32,000 bases of DNA from Nostoc punctiforme PCC 73102 (GTDB lineage: Bacteria; Cyanobacteriota; Cyanobacteriia; Cyanobacteriales; Nostocaceae). The notes beneath the pieces are model-generated. The model saw only the letters and a list, made by a program, of their open reading frames with translations. It did no database searches and had not been told where the DNA came from. The position numbers and the translations under genes are program-made. This document shows positions 16,734 through 26,400 of the stretch, one piece after another (positions within the stretch are counted from its first letter, which is position 1; every line of letters starts with the position of its first letter). Location of the stretch: the NCBI RefSeq assembly GCF_000020025.1, contig NC_010628.1:1650001-1682000 (forward strand). Direction: 5' to 3'.

Positions 16734-18113
16734 ATGAAAAGTTGGCAATTGCATAACTTACTTGATTACTGGAAAAAACTCACCAGTGGCTCTGTCAATC
16801 GCCAAATTTTGGGTGCAGCGATTACGGTCGCCTTCGGCACAGCATTAGTGAAAGTAGTGGCTGTGGTAAGAGAAATCATCATTGCCTGGAAATTTGGCAC
16901 GGGAGACGAACTGGATGCATTTTTAATTGCTTTGCTAGTTCCAGAATTTATTATCAATGTCGTAGCTGGTTCTTTTAATGCTGCTTTGATTCCCACCTAT
17001 ATTAGAGTACGAGAAGAAGAGGGAGCAAAAGCAGCACAAAGACTTTTTTCAGGAGCTACAGTTTGGAGTCTAGGACTCTTAGGGATTACTACCATATTAA
17101 TAGTGGCATCTGCACCACTATATTTGCCACATCTGGCATCAGGATTCAGTGCTGAAAAAGTAAATCTGACCTTTAAACTGCTTTGTGTAATTTCGCCAAT
17201 TGTGATGTTGACTGGAATTGTCACAATCTGGAGTGCTGTTTTGAATGCAGGAGAGCGTTTTGCTTTAACAGCCCTCAGTCCAGTCATGACTCCAGTTATT
17301 ACTATCATTTTACTTTTCCTGGGAGGGAAGTTTTGGGGCGTATTCGCTTTAGCAGTAGGATTGGTTGGCGGTGCAGTTCTAGAAATAACTCTCTTGGGAA
17401 TTGCACTACGCCGACAAAGGGTTTTTCTGCTTCCAAGATGGTATGGATTTGACAATAACTTACGTCAAGTAGCAAATCAGTATGCTCCAATGATTGCTGG
17501 AGGCTTTTTAATGTGCAGTACAGGAATAGTCGATCAAGCAATGGCGGCAACATTGTTACCCGGAAGTGTAGCAGCACTCAACTATGGTAATCGTTTAAGT
17601 GCATTCCCAATCACTTTAATGACTCAAGCATTAAGTACTGCAGTAATTCCTTATTTTTCCACAATGGTAGCCCGTGAAGATTGGGTAGGAGTGCGTCATA
17701 CATTGAAGCACTATATGAAGTCTATATTTGCAGTCACTTTACCAATAGCATTACTGATAATTCTATTTTCTGGGACTATAGTACAAATACTTTTTCAGAG
17801 AGGCTTATTTACGGCAAACGATACTCAACTGGTAGCTACTATACAAGCTTTTAATGCTTTGCAGATACCTTTACGTGGCCCAGGTATTTTGGTAGTCCGC
17901 TTCATATCAGCAACACGATCTAATCAAATTTTGATGTGGGGATCTGGCTTTAACCTGATGATCAATATTGCCTTAGACTATCTATTCATCCAGTGGCTAG
18001 GGGTTGCGGGTATTGCCTTATCAACATCCTGTGTTTATATGTTTTCTTTCTTCTTCTTACTATTTTTTGCAATTAAGAAAATTAATCAAAAATCTATAAT
18101 ACCAAATGGTTAA
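16734..18113 (+). CDS. MurJ/MviN-family (MOP superfamily) flippase, 459 aa; probable repeat-unit flippase of this cluster
   Basis: Polytopic membrane protein. The N-terminal pattern VVREIIIAWKFGTGDELDAFLIALLVPEFIINVVAGSFNAALIPTY closely follows the MurJ N-terminal signature. It is shorter than housekeeping MurJ. Confidence 0.7.
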   Translation: MKSWQLHNLLDYWKKLTSGSVNRQILGAAITVAFGTALVKVVAVVREIIIAWKFGTGDELDAFLIALLVPEFIINVVAGSFNAALIPTYIRVREEEGAKAAQRLFSGATVWSLGLLGITTILIVASAPLYLPHLASGFSAEKVNLTFKLLCVISPIVMLTGIVTIWSAVLNAGERFALTALSPVMTPVITIILLFLGGKFWGVFALAVGLVGGAVLEITLLGIALRRQRVFLLPRWYGFDNNLRQVANQYAPMIAGGFLMCSTGIVDQAMAATLLPGSVAALNYGNRLSAFPITLMTQALSTAVIPYFSTMVAREDWVGVRHTLKHYMKSIFAVTLPIALLIILFSGTIVQILFQRGLFTANDTQLVATIQAFNALQIPLRGPGILVVRFISATRSNQILMWGSGFNLMINIALDYLFIQWLGVAGIALSTSCVYMFSFFFLLFFAIKKINQKSIIPNG

Positions 18114-19254
18114 AAATGATGAATCACAAATATTCACAAAAATGCGACTAACACTTGTCATCCCCTCACTTTATTCAGGTGGTGCAGAACGAGTTTTATC
18201 AATCATAGCCAATTACTGGGCTAGCAAAGGATGGAAAGTCACTTTGTTGACTTTTTGTGGAAATCAGCCTCCGTTTTATGATCTCGATTCCAGAATTAGT
18301 TATATTCCTTTACATATAGCGCGAGATTCTTCTAATCTGATAGCAGCAGTCAAGAATAACTTGTACCGAATTTTTAAACTACGGCTTGCTATTACTGCTA
18401 GTAATCCAGACATTGTGATTAGCTTTATGAGTGAAGCAAATGTGACTACCTTGCTAGCAACTAGAGGTTTAAATGTGCCAGTCTTAGTCTCAGAGCGAAA
18501 TAACCCTAAAATTCGTCTTACTAAAAGCTCCATTTGGGTGAAACTTCGTCAATTGACTTATCCATTCGCACAACGAGTTATTGTTCAAACTCAAAGAGCA
18601 TTGAATTATTTTCCATCCAGTTTAAAAAATCGTATTTGTGTTATTCCTAATCCGGTATTATTACCACCTAATAAACCATGCAAACCCCAAGAATTATTTA
18701 ACAAATTACCTGGGCAAAAATTGCTGATTGCTGTAGGAAGACTTGAATCGCAAAAAGGGTTTGACCTGTTACTACAAGCTTTCGCTAATTTGAAAGATGA
18801 TTTTTCTGAATGGCAGTTGGTTATCTTAGGAGAAGGAATTTTACATTTAGATTTGACAGAGTTGTGTCATCAGTTACAACTCAATGGTCGCGTTTATTTT
18901 CTCGGAAGAGTAAAGAATATTTATGAATTTCTCCAAGAAGCTGATATTTACGTGATGTCCTCAAGATTTGAAGGCTTTCCAAATGCACTATGTGAGGCAA
19001 TGGCTTCTGGACTACCAGTTATCTCTACAGATTGTCCTAATGGGCCTAGAGAGATCATTCGTGATGGTATCGATGGTTTATTAGTACCTAATGAGGATGT
19101 TTTAGCATTAACATCGGCGATAAAGCTTCTAATGTCTGATGAAGAAAAGCGAAAAAATCTAGCAACTAATGCATCAGAGATTGCTGAACGTTTTAGCATA
19201 GATAAAATTATGGAAATGTGGGAATTTGTTGTTAAAGATGTTGTTGAATCATGA
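18106..19254 (+). CDS. Glycosyltransferase family 4 (GT-B, retaining)
   Basis: LVIPSLYSGGAERV at the N-terminus and the C-terminal E-x7-E region FEGFPNALCEAMASGLPVISTD. The start overlaps the flippase stop by 8 nt. An ATG at 18142 (MRLTLVIPSL) is an alternative start. Confidence 0.8.
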   Translation: MVKNDESQIFTKMRLTLVIPSLYSGGAERVLSIIANYWASKGWKVTLLTFCGNQPPFYDLDSRISYIPLHIARDSSNLIAAVKNNLYRIFKLRLAITASNPDIVISFMSEANVTTLLATRGLNVPVLVSERNNPKIRLTKSSIWVKLRQLTYPFAQRVIVQTQRALNYFPSSLKNRICVIPNPVLLPPNKPCKPQELFNKLPGQKLLIAVGRLESQKGFDLLLQAFANLKDDFSEWQLVILGEGILHLDLTELCHQLQLNGRVYFLGRVKNIYEFLQEADIYVMSSRFEGFPNALCEAMASGLPVISTDCPNGPREIIRDGIDGLLVPNEDVLALTSAIKLLMSDEEKRKNLATNASEIAERFSIDKIMEMWEFVVKDVVES

Positions 19255-19355
19255 TTTTCAGACAATTTCTTTTTTCTAGCTACTTGGAGTAATTATATTG
19301 AAATTTTAGATTAAGCATAATTTAAAGAAAAAATCTGATTAAAAAATTATCAACT

Positions 19356-20489
19356 ATGAGAAAAAAAATTGTATTTATTATTCGCGATCTTGGGTATGGT
19401 GGCGCTCAAAGACAATTAATTACCCTAGTAAAAAATCTTGATAAGCAAATTTTTAATACTACCGTTATTTTCTTCTATGCAAACGGATCTTTACAGAAGG
19501 ATTTAGAAAATAACAATATCCAAACTATATGTCTAGAAAAACGAGGACGTTGGGATATATTTGGATTTTTATGGCGACTTATGGGACATTTAAAACGAAT
19601 ACAACCTGATTCATTGCATGGATATCTGAGTGAATCTAATTTACTCACTATCTTCTTAAAACCTTTTTTCCTTTCAACTTCTATAATTTGGGGAATTCGT
19701 GATTCTAATATTAGCCTTGATAGCTATGATTGGTTAGACCGTTTAATCTTTGAGATTGAATGTTTGCTTTCTCGTTTTGTAGACCTGATTATTGTCAATT
19801 CTCACGCAGGTCAAGCCTATCATCTGTCTCATGGGTTTCCTGCCAAGAAAATGGTAGTTATTCCTAATGGCATTGATACTGAACGTTTTCAGCCTAATTC
19901 AGAAGCTGGTTTACGGGTGCGAACAGAATGGAGAATTTCAAAAGATACAATTTTGATTGGTTTGATAGGACGCTTAGATCCTATGAAGGATCATCCTACT
20001 TTTCTTAAAGCGGTGGCATTGTTGTGTAAAGAGAGAGAAAATGTTTGTTTTGTTTGTGTCGGTATAGGAACACACGAATATGCACAAGAACTGTATCAAT
20101 TAGCCGAAGAATTAGAAGTTGCTGAAAAAGTTATCTGGGCAGGTGGGCGTGCTGATATGCCTGACATTTATAATGCCTTAGATATCACTTGTTCATCTTC
20201 AAGCTACGGAGAAGGATTTTCTAATGTAATTGGAGAAGCAATGGCTTGTGGAGTGCCATGTGTCGTTACCGACGTAGGTGATTCAGCCTGGATTATTGAT
20301 GACACAGGTATAGTTGTACCACCGAATAATCCAGAAGCATTGAAAGCGGGAATTACAAGTTTAATCAATATTATTAGTAGTAAAAGTTACTCTAGCTGCC
20401 ACATTCGACAGCGTATAATCTCACATTTTTCCGTATTAAATTTGAGCCTAAAAACGCAAAATAGTCTTTTATCTATAAATGTCTTATGA
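19356..20489 (+). CDS. Glycosyltransferase family 4
   Basis: IRDLGYGGAQRQ at the N-terminus and the C-terminal YGEGFSNVIGEAMACGVPCVVTDVGDS. It is a clear paralogue of 21721..22866. Confidence 0.8.
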   Translation: MRKKIVFIIRDLGYGGAQRQLITLVKNLDKQIFNTTVIFFYANGSLQKDLENNNIQTICLEKRGRWDIFGFLWRLMGHLKRIQPDSLHGYLSESNLLTIFLKPFFLSTSIIWGIRDSNISLDSYDWLDRLIFEIECLLSRFVDLIIVNSHAGQAYHLSHGFPAKKMVVIPNGIDTERFQPNSEAGLRVRTEWRISKDTILIGLIGRLDPMKDHPTFLKAVALLCKERENVCFVCVGIGTHEYAQELYQLAEELEVAEKVIWAGGRADMPDIYNALDITCSSSSYGEGFSNVIGEAMACGVPCVVTDVGDSAWIIDDTGIVVPPNNPEALKAGITSLINIISSKSYSSCHIRQRIISHFSVLNLSLKTQNSLLSINVL

Positions 20490-21724
20490 TTAAAGTCTCC
20501 AATAAAAAGACTAATTTTCTAATTTATTATCAATGCTGGTTAGCTGTAGTAGCTGTCTTGATATTTTTTACCAATCTAGATGTTTATTGGCAAACAGCAG
20601 GAATCCTTCCCTTAGAACCTTTACATTGGATTATCCTTCTTATTGGGGCTTCAACACCGATAATTTTTTCGTTTTCTTCTAGGAAAAAGTTTTTGTCAAA
20701 AAACTTAATTAGATGGTGTGTTGGCTATTTTGTAATTTCGTTATTTTATTTTTGGCTATTTTCATCAACTACAGAAGCATTCCAAGAACTAAGAACTAGA
20801 ATATTATCTATAATTTTCTTATTGTTGACATTAATCATATTTTCTAAATATTCTATTGTTCAAGCTTTCACACGTTATGCAATTATAATTGCTGGTTTAT
20901 TAGCTACAACTGTTAATATATATGAGTTTTTTAATCCTTTAATATTTAGTGCAGTGAATGAGACAGGACGTGCAGCAGGGTTTTACATAAATCCTAATAC
21001 ATCTGGTTGTGCGCTGGTTCTCAGTTTAATTTTTGGTGTGGATTTATTACAGCCTAAATATCGAACTCCTTTTGCTTTACTAATTGGTCTTGGTGTTTTT
21101 CTCACATTCTCACGCGGTTCGCTTCTTGGTTGGATTATAGTAATGATAATTTTTATTAATGCGTATGTAATCCCTCGTAAACAATTATTTGCATGGTTTG
21201 CAGGATTAGTAATGATGATTACTATTGTGGGAATAACTGGAAATTTAGTTAACTTAGATAGTCTCCAAGATATGGGCTTGATAAATGATAATGTCCTGGG
21301 AAGATTGCAAGAATTTGGTTCTCCTTCTAGCACTGATGACGATGCGGCCCTGGCTCGAATCGAGGTCGTAAAAATTGCTTGGCAGATGTTTAGCGAACAT
21401 CCGTTCATTGGTAATGGCATTGCTTCTACTCGTGGTTTAAGTGTTGGGGGATTAGCTACACATGATATATCTACACACAATATGTATTTATATTTTATGG
21501 CTGATCATGGAGTGATAGGCGCTTTTATTTATCCGTTATTAATTTATGCAGCAACGTGTCCATACCAGAAAAATAATAAATATATTAGTTTGGCATTTGT
21601 GGCTTTTTGTCTTATTTGGGGTTTTTTCAGTCATAACATTGTGGAACAGCGCTTTCAATTAATGACTTTTTCACTAATGGCTACTATGAATCAGAGTAAT
21701 CAAAGACTTAACTATAAATCATGA
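20486..21724 (+). CDS. O-antigen polymerase/ligase-family (Wzy_C-like) integral membrane protein, 412 aa
   Basis: About 10 hydrophobic segments. It has the FLTFSRGSLLGWII motif and a large loop between TM segments (residues about 255-330), as seen in Wzy/WaaL-type proteins. ATGA start/stop overlaps occur at both ends. Confidence 0.7.
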   Translation: MIKVSNKKTNFLIYYQCWLAVVAVLIFFTNLDVYWQTAGILPLEPLHWIILLIGASTPIIFSFSSRKKFLSKNLIRWCVGYFVISLFYFWLFSSTTEAFQELRTRILSIIFLLLTLIIFSKYSIVQAFTRYAIIIAGLLATTVNIYEFFNPLIFSAVNETGRAAGFYINPNTSGCALVLSLIFGVDLLQPKYRTPFALLIGLGVFLTFSRGSLLGWIIVMIIFINAYVIPRKQLFAWFAGLVMMITIVGITGNLVNLDSLQDMGLINDNVLGRLQEFGSPSSTDDDAALARIEVVKIAWQMFSEHPFIGNGIASTRGLSVGGLATHDISTHNMYLYFMADHGVIGAFIYPLLIYAATCPYQKNNKYISLAFVAFCLIWGFFSHNIVEQRFQLMTFSLMATMNQSNQRLNYKS

Positions 21725-22866
21725 AAATTCTTTATATTATTACTGGATTGCCAACTGGCGGTGCAGAAATGATGCTCTACAAGCTGCTTTCTCAGATAAA
21801 CCAGGAGCGGTTTGAACCAATTGTAGTTTCTTTGATGGATCGTGGTACATTGGGCGATCGCATTGAGGCATTAGGTATCCCAGTTCACACCATTGGTATG
21901 AATCGAGGAGGCATTCCTATGCCAGTTGACGTTTGGCGCTTGGTTCATCTGGTCGATCGACTTCAACCAGATATAATTCAAGGCTGGATGTATCATGGCA
22001 ATTTAGCCGCGCAATTTGCCAGCTTTTTAAATGGTAATAAAATTCCTATTGTGTGGAGTATTCATTATTCTATTGATTCTTTAGAATCGGACAAAAAAAT
22101 GACTGTGGCCATTATTAAATTTAGTGCTTATATTTCTCGCTTACCTAAACAGGTATTGTTCGTTTCTCAAAATAGTAAGTTACAGCATGAAGCTTTAGGA
22201 TATTCTAGTAAGAATAGTTGTATAATCCCGAATGGGTTTGATACAATATCATTTTCTCCTTCATTAACAGAGCGAGTTGATGTTCGTTCAGAGTTGAGTT
22301 TACCTCATGAATCTTTATTAATTGGGTTGATATGCCGTTATCACCCGATGAAAGATCATGCAAATTTTATTCAAGCAGCTGCACTTTTCTTGAAAGAGCA
22401 TCCTAATATTAACTTCTTGATGATTGGTCAAGGAGTTGATCGAGATAATCCAACCCTAAACAAATTAATTAAAGAATTAGGTATTGGCGATCGCATATCT
22501 CTATTAGGAGAGCGAAAAGATATTCCTCGCTTGATAACAAGTCTTGATATTTTTACTTCTGCCTCCGCTTATGGTGAAGCATTTCCTTTAGTTATAGGAG
22601 AAGCAATGTCTTGCGGTATTCCCTGTGTAGTCACAGATGTTGGTGATTCGGGTTGGATTGTAGGTAATACAGGAAAGGTGATTCCGCCACGGAATCCCCA
22701 GATGTTAGCGGATGCCTGGAAAGAGTTAATTGCTTTAGGTGAAGAGGGTAGAAACATTTTGGGCAAAGCCGCACGAGCCAGGATTACTGAAGATTTTGCT
22801 TTAAATTCTGTTGTAGCTAAATATGAGTTAGTGTATGAAAAAATATTGTCTAATATGTCTACTTAA
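21721..22866 (+). CDS. Glycosyltransferase family 4
   Basis: ITGLPTGGAEMM at the N-terminus and the C-terminal YGEAFPLVIGEAMSCGIPCVVTDVGDS. It is a paralogue of 19356..20489. Confidence 0.8.
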   Translation: MKILYIITGLPTGGAEMMLYKLLSQINQERFEPIVVSLMDRGTLGDRIEALGIPVHTIGMNRGGIPMPVDVWRLVHLVDRLQPDIIQGWMYHGNLAAQFASFLNGNKIPIVWSIHYSIDSLESDKKMTVAIIKFSAYISRLPKQVLFVSQNSKLQHEALGYSSKNSCIIPNGFDTISFSPSLTERVDVRSELSLPHESLLIGLICRYHPMKDHANFIQAAALFLKEHPNINFLMIGQGVDRDNPTLNKLIKELGIGDRISLLGERKDIPRLITSLDIFTSASAYGEAFPLVIGEAMSCGIPCVVTDVGDSGWIVGNTGKVIPPRNPQMLADAWKELIALGEEGRNILGKAARARITEDFALNSVVAKYELVYEKILSNMST

Positions 22867-22919
22867 AAAAATCTAATTTTCAGATAAGTCTAATAATTAA
22901 AGATAAAGGTTTAATACCC

Positions 22920-24869
22920 ATGTGTGGCATTACCGGTTTTTGGGATATATCTAAACAATTTAGTGGCGAGCATTTGGATGAGACTATTCAAAAAATGTCA
23001 AAAACCTTACTACATCGAGGCCCCGATGATGGGGGAATCTGGACAGATGTAGAGGTAGGAGTTGCTTTAGGACATCGGCGTTTGTCGATTGTTGACCTCT
23101 CACCGTTAGGACATCAACCCATGATGTCTGCAAATGGTCGCTATATGGTTGTATTTAATGGAGAAATTTATAACTTTTTAGAATTACGGCGTGAGCTAAC
23201 TCAATTAGGTCACAATTTTCGGGGACATTCTGACACTGAGATCATGTTGGCGGGTTTTAGTGAGTGGGGGTTGGATAAAGCTATTCGGCGCTTCAATGGC
23301 ATGTTTGCTTTTGCTTTGTGGGATCGCCAAAAGCGGATTTTACATTTAGGGCGCGATCGCTTGGGTGAAAAACCCCTCTATTATGGTTGGCAAGGTAGCA
23401 CCTTTCTATTTACTTCTGAGTTAAAAGCCTTAAAAGCCCATCCCAATTTTCGGGCTGAAATTAACCGCGATGCCTTAACACAGTTTTTTCGATATAGCTA
23501 CCTTCCAGCACCCTATTCAATCTACCAAGGTATCTACAAGTTACCACCAGGAACACTCTTATCCTGGAATGGTATTGATGCTCATCCAGATCCAGTTACC
23601 TACTGGTCTGCTAGGGAAGTCACAGAATTGGGCATTGCTGAACCATTTATGGGGTCAGAATCGGAAGCTGTAATCCAACTAGAAGCTCTATTACGAGAGG
23701 CGGTAGGACTACGTATGGTAGCAGATGTGCCATTGGGTGCATTTATCTCTGGTGGAATCGACTCTTCCACCATAGTTGCATTGATGCAGGCACAAAGTAG
23801 CCAACCAGTGAAAACATTTACTATCGGTTTCAATGAAGAAGCTTACAACGAAGCAAAACACGCCAAAGCCGTTGCCAAACACCTGGGTACAGACCACACC
23901 GAACTATATGTCAACCCCAAAGAGGCGCTGGAAGTTATTCCTAAACTACCGTTTCTCTATGATGAACCTTTTTCAGATGTGTCTCAAATTCCTACCTTTT
24001 TGGTATCACAGTTAGCCAAACAACAGGTAACTGTCAGTTTATCAGGGGATGGAGGAGATGAACTGTTTGCTGGATATAACCGTTATTTATTTGGTCGAAA
24101 AATTTGGCAAGCAATTGGTTGGATACCAACAACCGTGCGTAAGAACTCTGCACGTGCTTTGACTAGCGTATCGCCTCAAAATTGGAATCGTGGTTTTGCT
24201 AATGTTAATGCCTTACTACCAAGCAGAATTAAACAACCTGAATTCGGAAATAAATTACACACCTTTTCCGAGATTATGGCACTTCCTAATCCCACAGCAA
24301 TATATACAAAGTTAGTTTCCCACTGGGAAGATCCTAAAGCACTAGTCATAGATGGCTTAGAGCCTCCAACAATCTTAAGCAATTCTCAAAATTGGCCACA
24401 CCTACTTGACTTTACCCAGTGCATGATGTATTTCGACACCGTGACTTACTTACCAGACGATATTCTCGTCAAAGTAGATCGAGCCAGTATGGGGGTAAGT
24501 TTGGAAGGACGTATACCTTTCTTAGATCACCGCTTAGTTGAATTTGCTTGGCGATTACCACTATCTATGAAAATTCGGAATGGTCAAGGAAAATGGCTAT
24601 TACGCCAAGTTTTATATAAATATGTGCCTCCCACTTTAGTTGAGCGTCCGAAAGTAGGTTTTGGAGTTCCAATTAATAGCTGGTTACGAGGCCCTTTAAG
24701 AGATTGGGCTGAGGAATTGCTAAATGAAAACCGTCTGAAGAACGAAGGTTTTTTCAATCCCAAGCCTATTAGAGAGAAGTGGGAAGAACATCTTTCCGGT
24801 GCTGCAAGTTGGGAGTATCGTCTATGGGATGTGCTAATGTTCCAGGCTTGGTTAGAAGCAAATCATTGA
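22920..24869 (+). CDS. Asparagine synthase (glutamine-hydrolysing)-family amidotransferase, 649 aa, WbpS-like cluster context
   Basis: N-terminal nucleophile MCGITGFW (Ntn glutaminase domain), HRGPDD, and the synthetase PP-loop FISGGIDSS. It is longer than housekeeping AsnB and embedded among glycosyltransferases. Confidence 0.9.
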   Translation: MCGITGFWDISKQFSGEHLDETIQKMSKTLLHRGPDDGGIWTDVEVGVALGHRRLSIVDLSPLGHQPMMSANGRYMVVFNGEIYNFLELRRELTQLGHNFRGHSDTEIMLAGFSEWGLDKAIRRFNGMFAFALWDRQKRILHLGRDRLGEKPLYYGWQGSTFLFTSELKALKAHPNFRAEINRDALTQFFRYSYLPAPYSIYQGIYKLPPGTLLSWNGIDAHPDPVTYWSAREVTELGIAEPFMGSESEAVIQLEALLREAVGLRMVADVPLGAFISGGIDSSTIVALMQAQSSQPVKTFTIGFNEEAYNEAKHAKAVAKHLGTDHTELYVNPKEALEVIPKLPFLYDEPFSDVSQIPTFLVSQLAKQQVTVSLSGDGGDELFAGYNRYLFGRKIWQAIGWIPTTVRKNSARALTSVSPQNWNRGFANVNALLPSRIKQPEFGNKLHTFSEIMALPNPTAIYTKLVSHWEDPKALVIDGLEPPTILSNSQNWPHLLDFTQCMMYFDTVTYLPDDILVKVDRASMGVSLEGRIPFLDHRLVEFAWRLPLSMKIRNGQGKWLLRQVLYKYVPPTLVERPKVGFGVPINSWLRGPLRDWAEELLNENRLKNEGFFNPKPIREKWEEHLSGAASWEYRLWDVLMFQAWLEANH

Positions 24870-24940
24870 CTATTCGTATTTAGTATTTCAACTTGATAAA
24901 GTTTAACAAATTCTTAAAACCACATTATTTGGAGGTTTAA

Positions 24941-26101
24941 ATGAATGTATTAATTGTTTCCTCAAGTGAGGGTATCACCCTATCATTATTAAGATGTCTG
25001 GGATTACTTAATATTAAATCTCATGTAATCAGCGTCTGGAAATCTTCAGGTTCATCAAGATTTTCAAGATTTTGCAAAAATTATATTTCTTCTTTTATTA
25101 CTGAGTCTTCACAAGGGGCTGAAAACATAGCTGATGTAATTAATGATTACTGCAAACAGCAGAAAATTGATATTATTATTCCATCAGGTCTTTTAGGCAC
25201 ATTTTTAGTTGCTTTAATTAAAGAGAAATTGAGCTATTCGTCAGTTTTTCCGATAAACGATGCGGATAAGATATATAATTTGAACAATAAATGGCAATTT
25301 TATCACCTGTTGAGACAACACAATATTCCCACCCCAAAAACAATATTGATTGAAACACCAGAACAAATAAAATTATTGAATTTGAATTTTCCTGTTATGG
25401 TCAAACCTTTAGATAGAGGTAATGGATATGGAGTCAAAAAGATAGATTCAATTGTAGATTTACATGGATACATATCAAATGCAAGTCAAATAAATAATTT
25501 ACCTATATTGGTACAAGAATATGTATTTGGTTATGATATTCTCCTGAATGTACTTGCAGAAAATGGAAAACTTATAGCTTGGACAATTAATAGGAGAGTT
25601 CCCTACTTTTTTGAGTTTTTTCAAGATGAAAATATTTTAGAAATAGCTCATAAGATTATAGATTCATGTAATTATACTGGTGTAGCTAATTTCGATATCA
25701 GATTTGATGAGAGAAGTAATTCCGTTAAGGTAATAGAATGTAATCCCAGATTTTGGGCTAGTTTCGGAGCTTCAGTATCCTATGGAATAGACTTTGTAAA
25801 CTTAGGTATATTGTTAGCGCAAGGACAAAAATTGCCCGACAATCTGAAGAAAGAAGTTACTTGTACAGAACCTGAAAAAATTCCTTATCCATCGCCAAGT
25901 CAATTTCTCAAAGGATTGCTACTAGCTAAATATCCTTTTGCGGCGATGAAAAAAATTAGTAGCGATCTGGCTTGGCAAAGCATTTTAGACCCATTACCCA
26001 ATATTTACGAAAAAATCTGGAATCGATTAGGCATAGTCAATACCCATGATGGAGTAATGTTAAATAAACTGTTATCAAATTCAATTAGAGTAAAGATTTG
26101 A
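24941..26101 (+). CDS. ATP-grasp domain ligase, 386 aa, substrate unknown
   Basis: FPVMVKPLDRGNGYGV (ATP-binding Lys), LVQEYVFGYD (hinge) and ANFDIRFDE...VKVIECNPRFW (Mg-binding E-x-N). By eye this is the most AT-rich gene in the cluster. Confidence 0.75.
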   Translation: MNVLIVSSSEGITLSLLRCLGLLNIKSHVISVWKSSGSSRFSRFCKNYISSFITESSQGAENIADVINDYCKQQKIDIIIPSGLLGTFLVALIKEKLSYSSVFPINDADKIYNLNNKWQFYHLLRQHNIPTPKTILIETPEQIKLLNLNFPVMVKPLDRGNGYGVKKIDSIVDLHGYISNASQINNLPILVQEYVFGYDILLNVLAENGKLIAWTINRRVPYFFEFFQDENILEIAHKIIDSCNYTGVANFDIRFDERSNSVKVIECNPRFWASFGASVSYGIDFVNLGILLAQGQKLPDNLKKEVTCTEPEKIPYPSPSQFLKGLLLAKYPFAAMKKISSDLAWQSILDPLPNIYEKIWNRLGIVNTHDGVMLNKLLSNSIRVKI

Positions 26102-26400
26102 GTTGAAAAATTTGCACTTATTTTAGATGTCCTTGACAAAAATTACGTAAATTTTTGTATCAAGATCCAAGGTTTTTGACTTGAGGCGCTATGAATGTAT
26201 TGCATATTGCAACCATAATTTAATTTTTGATCAAATACGGGGACTGAAAGCACGTATTTATAAGCATTTTCAGCCTTATTCTTTCTCAAAAATGATTGTG
26301 GATTGCTATATAAGATACTTCTGACGCTAGAAGTTGGATTTGATTGGAAATTCAAAATCACAGAACGTAATTACAACAAGTACTCTGGGCATCTAAATAT

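Noticed and set aside
16997-17455. A 152-aa minus-strand ORF. Related calls are 16766..16996, 17183..17452 and 17305..17577.
   Set aside because: All are embedded antisense or off-frame in the MurJ-like gene. The composition is Pro/Arg/Thr-rich, typical of the reverse frame of a membrane-protein gene.
20983-21480. A 165-aa minus-strand ORF.
   Set aside because: It is entirely antisense to the Wzy-like membrane-protein gene and has no recognisable motifs.
26133-26161. A possible sigma70-type promoter: TTGACA followed 17 nt later by GTATCA.
   Set aside because: The -10 candidate is poor. A promoter call cannot be supported from the sequence alone.
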